DNA of 53,793 bases, counting the filler, from Bipalium vagum (Eukaryota): the NCBI GenBank assembly GCA_037834085.1. It is 3 parts of 3 records of this genome, joined end to end, with 100 filler letters (N's around TTAATTAATTAA, not from the genome) between each part and the next. Parts side by side here need not be neighbours in the genome. Positions count along the whole stretch, not along the records: positions 36,138 to 53,793 come from JBBMKC010057032.1; 2 more parts are not named here. One strand, given 5' to 3'. The notes under the pieces are model-generated. The model made no database searches, was not told the DNA's origin, and worked only from the letters and a program-made list of their open reading frames with translations. Numbering within the stretch: the first letter of the stretch is position 1; every line of letters starts with the position of its first letter. Below, in pieces: positions 50,201-53,793 of this stretch. A program made the position numbers and the translations under genes.

Positions 50201-52096
50201 TCATATTAATTGTTTTAGTTTACAGAATAATATATTAAAAGTTTTGTTGAATTATTATTGGTAATGTAATAAATAAAGTTTTATAAAAATTGAATTCTTT
50301 TTTGTATTTATTTTTTATTTTGACATTAAAAAAGTCATGATCAAATTGAGAGCAGCTCAAGAAATGTTAATTTTTAATTAAATTAAAAATCAATAATATT
50401 CAGTGAATTTCAACTGTTGATGGAACTGGAGAAAGTTTATGATATCATAAAAAAAGAAATTAACCATTGATACATACATATATGGCTGGAAAACAACAGT
50501 TGGGAAACCAGAAAGCGCAAGGAATCTGTCAATCAGATGGGCAATAAAAATACCCATGTTCCTGCGGTCTGATTTTATTGTGGAATAATAAATAACCAGT
50601 TGGTTCTACAATTAAAATCACATCTGAAAATTATACAGCCACCATGAAATAATCAAATAGGAAATCAACATAAGAATTATTTTTTGATTAAAATTTATAT
50701 TAAAAAAAATTCTACAAGAATGAAAATTAGTACTCTTTCCTTGTGTTTCTTTTAATCCAAAGGTGTTAACACTTCCAATGACAATGATAACAAAAAATTA
50801 TAAATTACAAAAAGGTATACAAATATTGGCGATGAAATAATTGTTTTAATGTTAAAAATAAGACAATACTGAATGAAAAAAGAAGTCAAAATTTTTATGA
50901 TAAATTCAATATATACTTATTGATAAAAAGGATATCAATTGTGATAAAATAAATTAATAATATTTGATTCAGTTAATTTTTAATAAATCTTAATTGAAAA
51001 AATATTATATTCGTGATTTTTGAAACTACCATACTTCTATTGATTGTAATATCCAATAAAACAAAAGGAGACCAGACTTATTTTGTAGGTTGATATAATT
51101 TTACCAGAATTTAATTTTATATTTGCCGAATATATCAAAAAAATTATATTTTCACAATCGAAGTAATAGTCTTATCTTTTTACGATAAAGTTTGAATAAA
51201 ATGTATTCTTATATGACGGTCCAAATTCATTAATATGATACCCAATTAACCGTATGTAATTATAATTGAATTTATATTGAATCAATAAACATAATCAAAA
51301 ATGGATTATTTACATCAACCAGATCCAGAAGACAGAAATGTCAACCACTAATTTTGACAAAATATTATTGTCATCATAGAACTGTTTATTTTTAGCATTA
51401 ATATTTCTATGCTATGGCACGATGCCTTCTGCTGTTCCACAATTAAATTTCATAGAACACATTCACGGCATTAGAAAGTGTAAATTTTTAATGCCATCAA
51501 TCAAATTGATTCACTCCTTTTTTAATCCACAGAAATGTTATTAATTAATATTTATTTCCTTACATTGTCGCTAAAATGTAACTGATTCATCTGTAAAAAT
51601 ATCTTTTAATAGCGGTTATAATCGCTACTAACTGGGATAAACAGTATTTTTCTCCTTTTTTTAAGAATGATTTATTTTTTCCTTCGAAAAGTCTAAAAAT
51701 TACTTGTTAATTCCTTTTTGATAGCATCTTTTCCGAAATGACAATTTCTACGTTTATGTCTTTAGAAAATTTTGTTAAATATAGATAAATAAAAGCAATA
51801 CATAATTGTGTCATATTTTATTGTAAAAAATGTCTTGAAACGGAATTAATTTTTACTAATAATCTTTAAGTTCGTCTTTCAATAAAATTAAAAATATATT
51901 TAACTGGTTTCGATAATATTAATAAAATTAAATATATTTTTAATTTTAGTAATTAGAATTTTATAGACACAAATCAAATTAATCAATTTAATCAAAGTTT
52001 AATTATTAGGAAAATCAATAAATAATAATATCACTCGAATAAGCTAGGAGATTGTTGCATGAAAAATCCTTTTAAAAAAAAGAAAGTTTAAATTTA

Positions 52097-52531
52097 CTAG
52101 GGTGATGCAAAAATTCGTGCTCAAATTTATGTACAGGGTGTTAAAAAAGTTCTTTCAGATTTTATATAAGATTTAATATCAACCGAAATTTATTTTGTTA
52201 AATTTTTTTAAAATCTGCATCAATAAAGAAGGTGACATGTTTCAAGAATAATTGGAACTGCGATTTGTATGAATCTATGTAATATTTTGTATATTGTACA
52301 TGATAGTTTTCATTAAAAATCGGAAAGGGCTTATTTAACACTCTGGTTTTTATTTATTTAAAACAGTAAAACTACTCTAAAAAATAAATTAATACATCAG
52401 CTTCAATGATTTTACGCCAGCGATCTTTTACCATTCTGATCTGGTCAAATTACGAATTTATTTGTTTTAATTCGAAAAACTCTTTACAAGCCATCTCAAT
52501 TTATTGAGCACGAGCTTTTGCATCACCCTTG
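52097..52531 (-). mobile_element. Internally deleted mariner (outer element)
   Basis: TIRs CTAGGGTGATGCAAAAATTCGTGCTCAA and (rc) CAAGGGTGATGCAAAAGCTCGTGCTCAA, with TA on both sides. Minus-strand relic DRWRKIIEAD. Confidence 0.8.
52134..52345. mobile_element. MITE nested in the deleted mariner; same family as 4607-4763
   Basis: TIRs CAGGGTGTTAAAAAAGTTCTTTCAGATTT and (rc) CAGAGTGTTAAATAAGCCCTTTCCGATTT. Internal ATATCAACCGAAATTTATTTT is nearly the reverse complement of 4702-4722. Confidence 0.75.
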
Positions 52532-53793
52532 TATTTAAGATAAAATGATAAAAAAAATTATAAAATTGTAATTTTTAATTTTCTGTTAATTTTAAGAACC
52601 AAAGAATTTCAAATACCATTACATAAAAAAGTGAAGTTATTCCACCTACATAATCATAAAATTTTATTATACTGAAATAATGGAATTGTGTATGTCTTTA
52701 ATAAATAGAATTCTGCTAATAAATCAGTCTTCGCTGTAAAATGTGTACATTTGTTTCTTTGCAATATTTTAATGATGTCAATTTTCACAGATTGAATATT
52801 CTGGTAGCTATTAATAAAATCTATTGGAATTCATTATGGGAGGACGGGTGATAAAATTTGTCCTCTCCCTTTGACAAGAATGACGTAATTTCGATGGGGA
52901 AAATCACAATTACATTAATGAATGTCGTTTATCAGATATATAAAATCTGATTTTTATTTTCCCCATCATTATTTGCCATATTCCGCGAGAATCAGAAATC
53001 AATAATTATTACAAATTATTTTATGATAGGATAAATAAATAAACGGGATTTATCATTATAAACGATAATAATCTCGTATAGGGTTTTTTTCAGGGGTTCT
53101 CTATTAGGTACTTTATGAGGTCTTGATTAGGAACAATCTATGACAGGTATTTCTTTAAATTCCAAAAAAATATTGGGCAAAAAAATAGGAAGTGACATTT
53201 TCATACATAAATATATTTTTTCAATAAATTATTGAGTATGTATTACACTGTGATGATAACAACAATATATGTATATATCTTATTTAGATACATTTAGGTA
53301 CATGATCAAATACATCATTTTAAGGAACAGATACTTTATCATTATTTCAGTCAATAATTTCGACAGCATCCCACACAAAGTGAATGTAAATATAAACTAA
53401 TATTAATATTTTTGAAGAACATTAATAAACCTTAATTTTTTTCGTAACATTCGTAAATCTGTTATATTCTTTCTTTTACGGCAGAAAATTGTTAATTTCT
53501 TGAAGAAGTATGAAGTATGTGTTTGATAAATATTATTAATTATAATTAAAAGAATTAGCTTATCAGATTTGTTTTAATGCACTGTGAACATGGAAATATT
53601 CAGGTTTTAATTTATTGGCAGTTTGAAAATTGCAAAAATTATTATTATTTATAAAAAAGGATTTATATTTTTATAATTATTAAATTTATGAAAGATTATT
53701 TATTAATTTTAATAAATATATAGTCCTTTTCAAATTTATTGAACAGTTTACATTTTTGTTTTTTATTTGTAGAACTACCCAAATAAGGATAAA

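Noticed and set aside
50400-51830. Faint Tc1/IS630-like peptide remnants (IFTDES, CGTAEGIVP, KITSENY)
   Set aside because: Probably transposon debris but too decayed to delimit or classify; the same applies to 13130-13700, 16980-17560, 26200-27130 and 47930-48420.

Overview
This is very AT-rich animal (probably invertebrate) genomic DNA with a modal intron length of about 44-45 nt, from a fragmented short-read assembly: six N-gaps, two containing the artificial six-frame-stop linker TTAATTAATTAA. Three host genes can be built by hand from GT-AG exons that the ORF track only partly shows, all on +. (1) A 5'-incomplete single-pass membrane protein with an F5/8-C/fucolectin-like domain, a PAN/apple domain, an S/T-rich stalk and a TM helix (2171-12154). 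(2) The last exons of a Slo2/KCNT potassium channel (20164-20591). (3) A complete RYBP/YAF2 gene (33414-34117). Most of the rest is decayed mobile DNA: a full-length mariner (7571-8845), a run of four different IS630-Tc1-mariner families (39539-44330), Merlin and pogo relics, MITEs (one nested in another), and two RLE-type (NeSL/Utopia/R4-like) non-LTR retrotransposons fused exactly tail-to-tail at about 29011. I found no tRNA, rRNA or CRISPR, and I cannot demonstrate a wholly new biological system. The best leads are the lectin-PAN receptor, the tail-to-tail retrotransposon pair and its structured 3' UTR. All family calls come from recognising motifs by eye, not from database searches.
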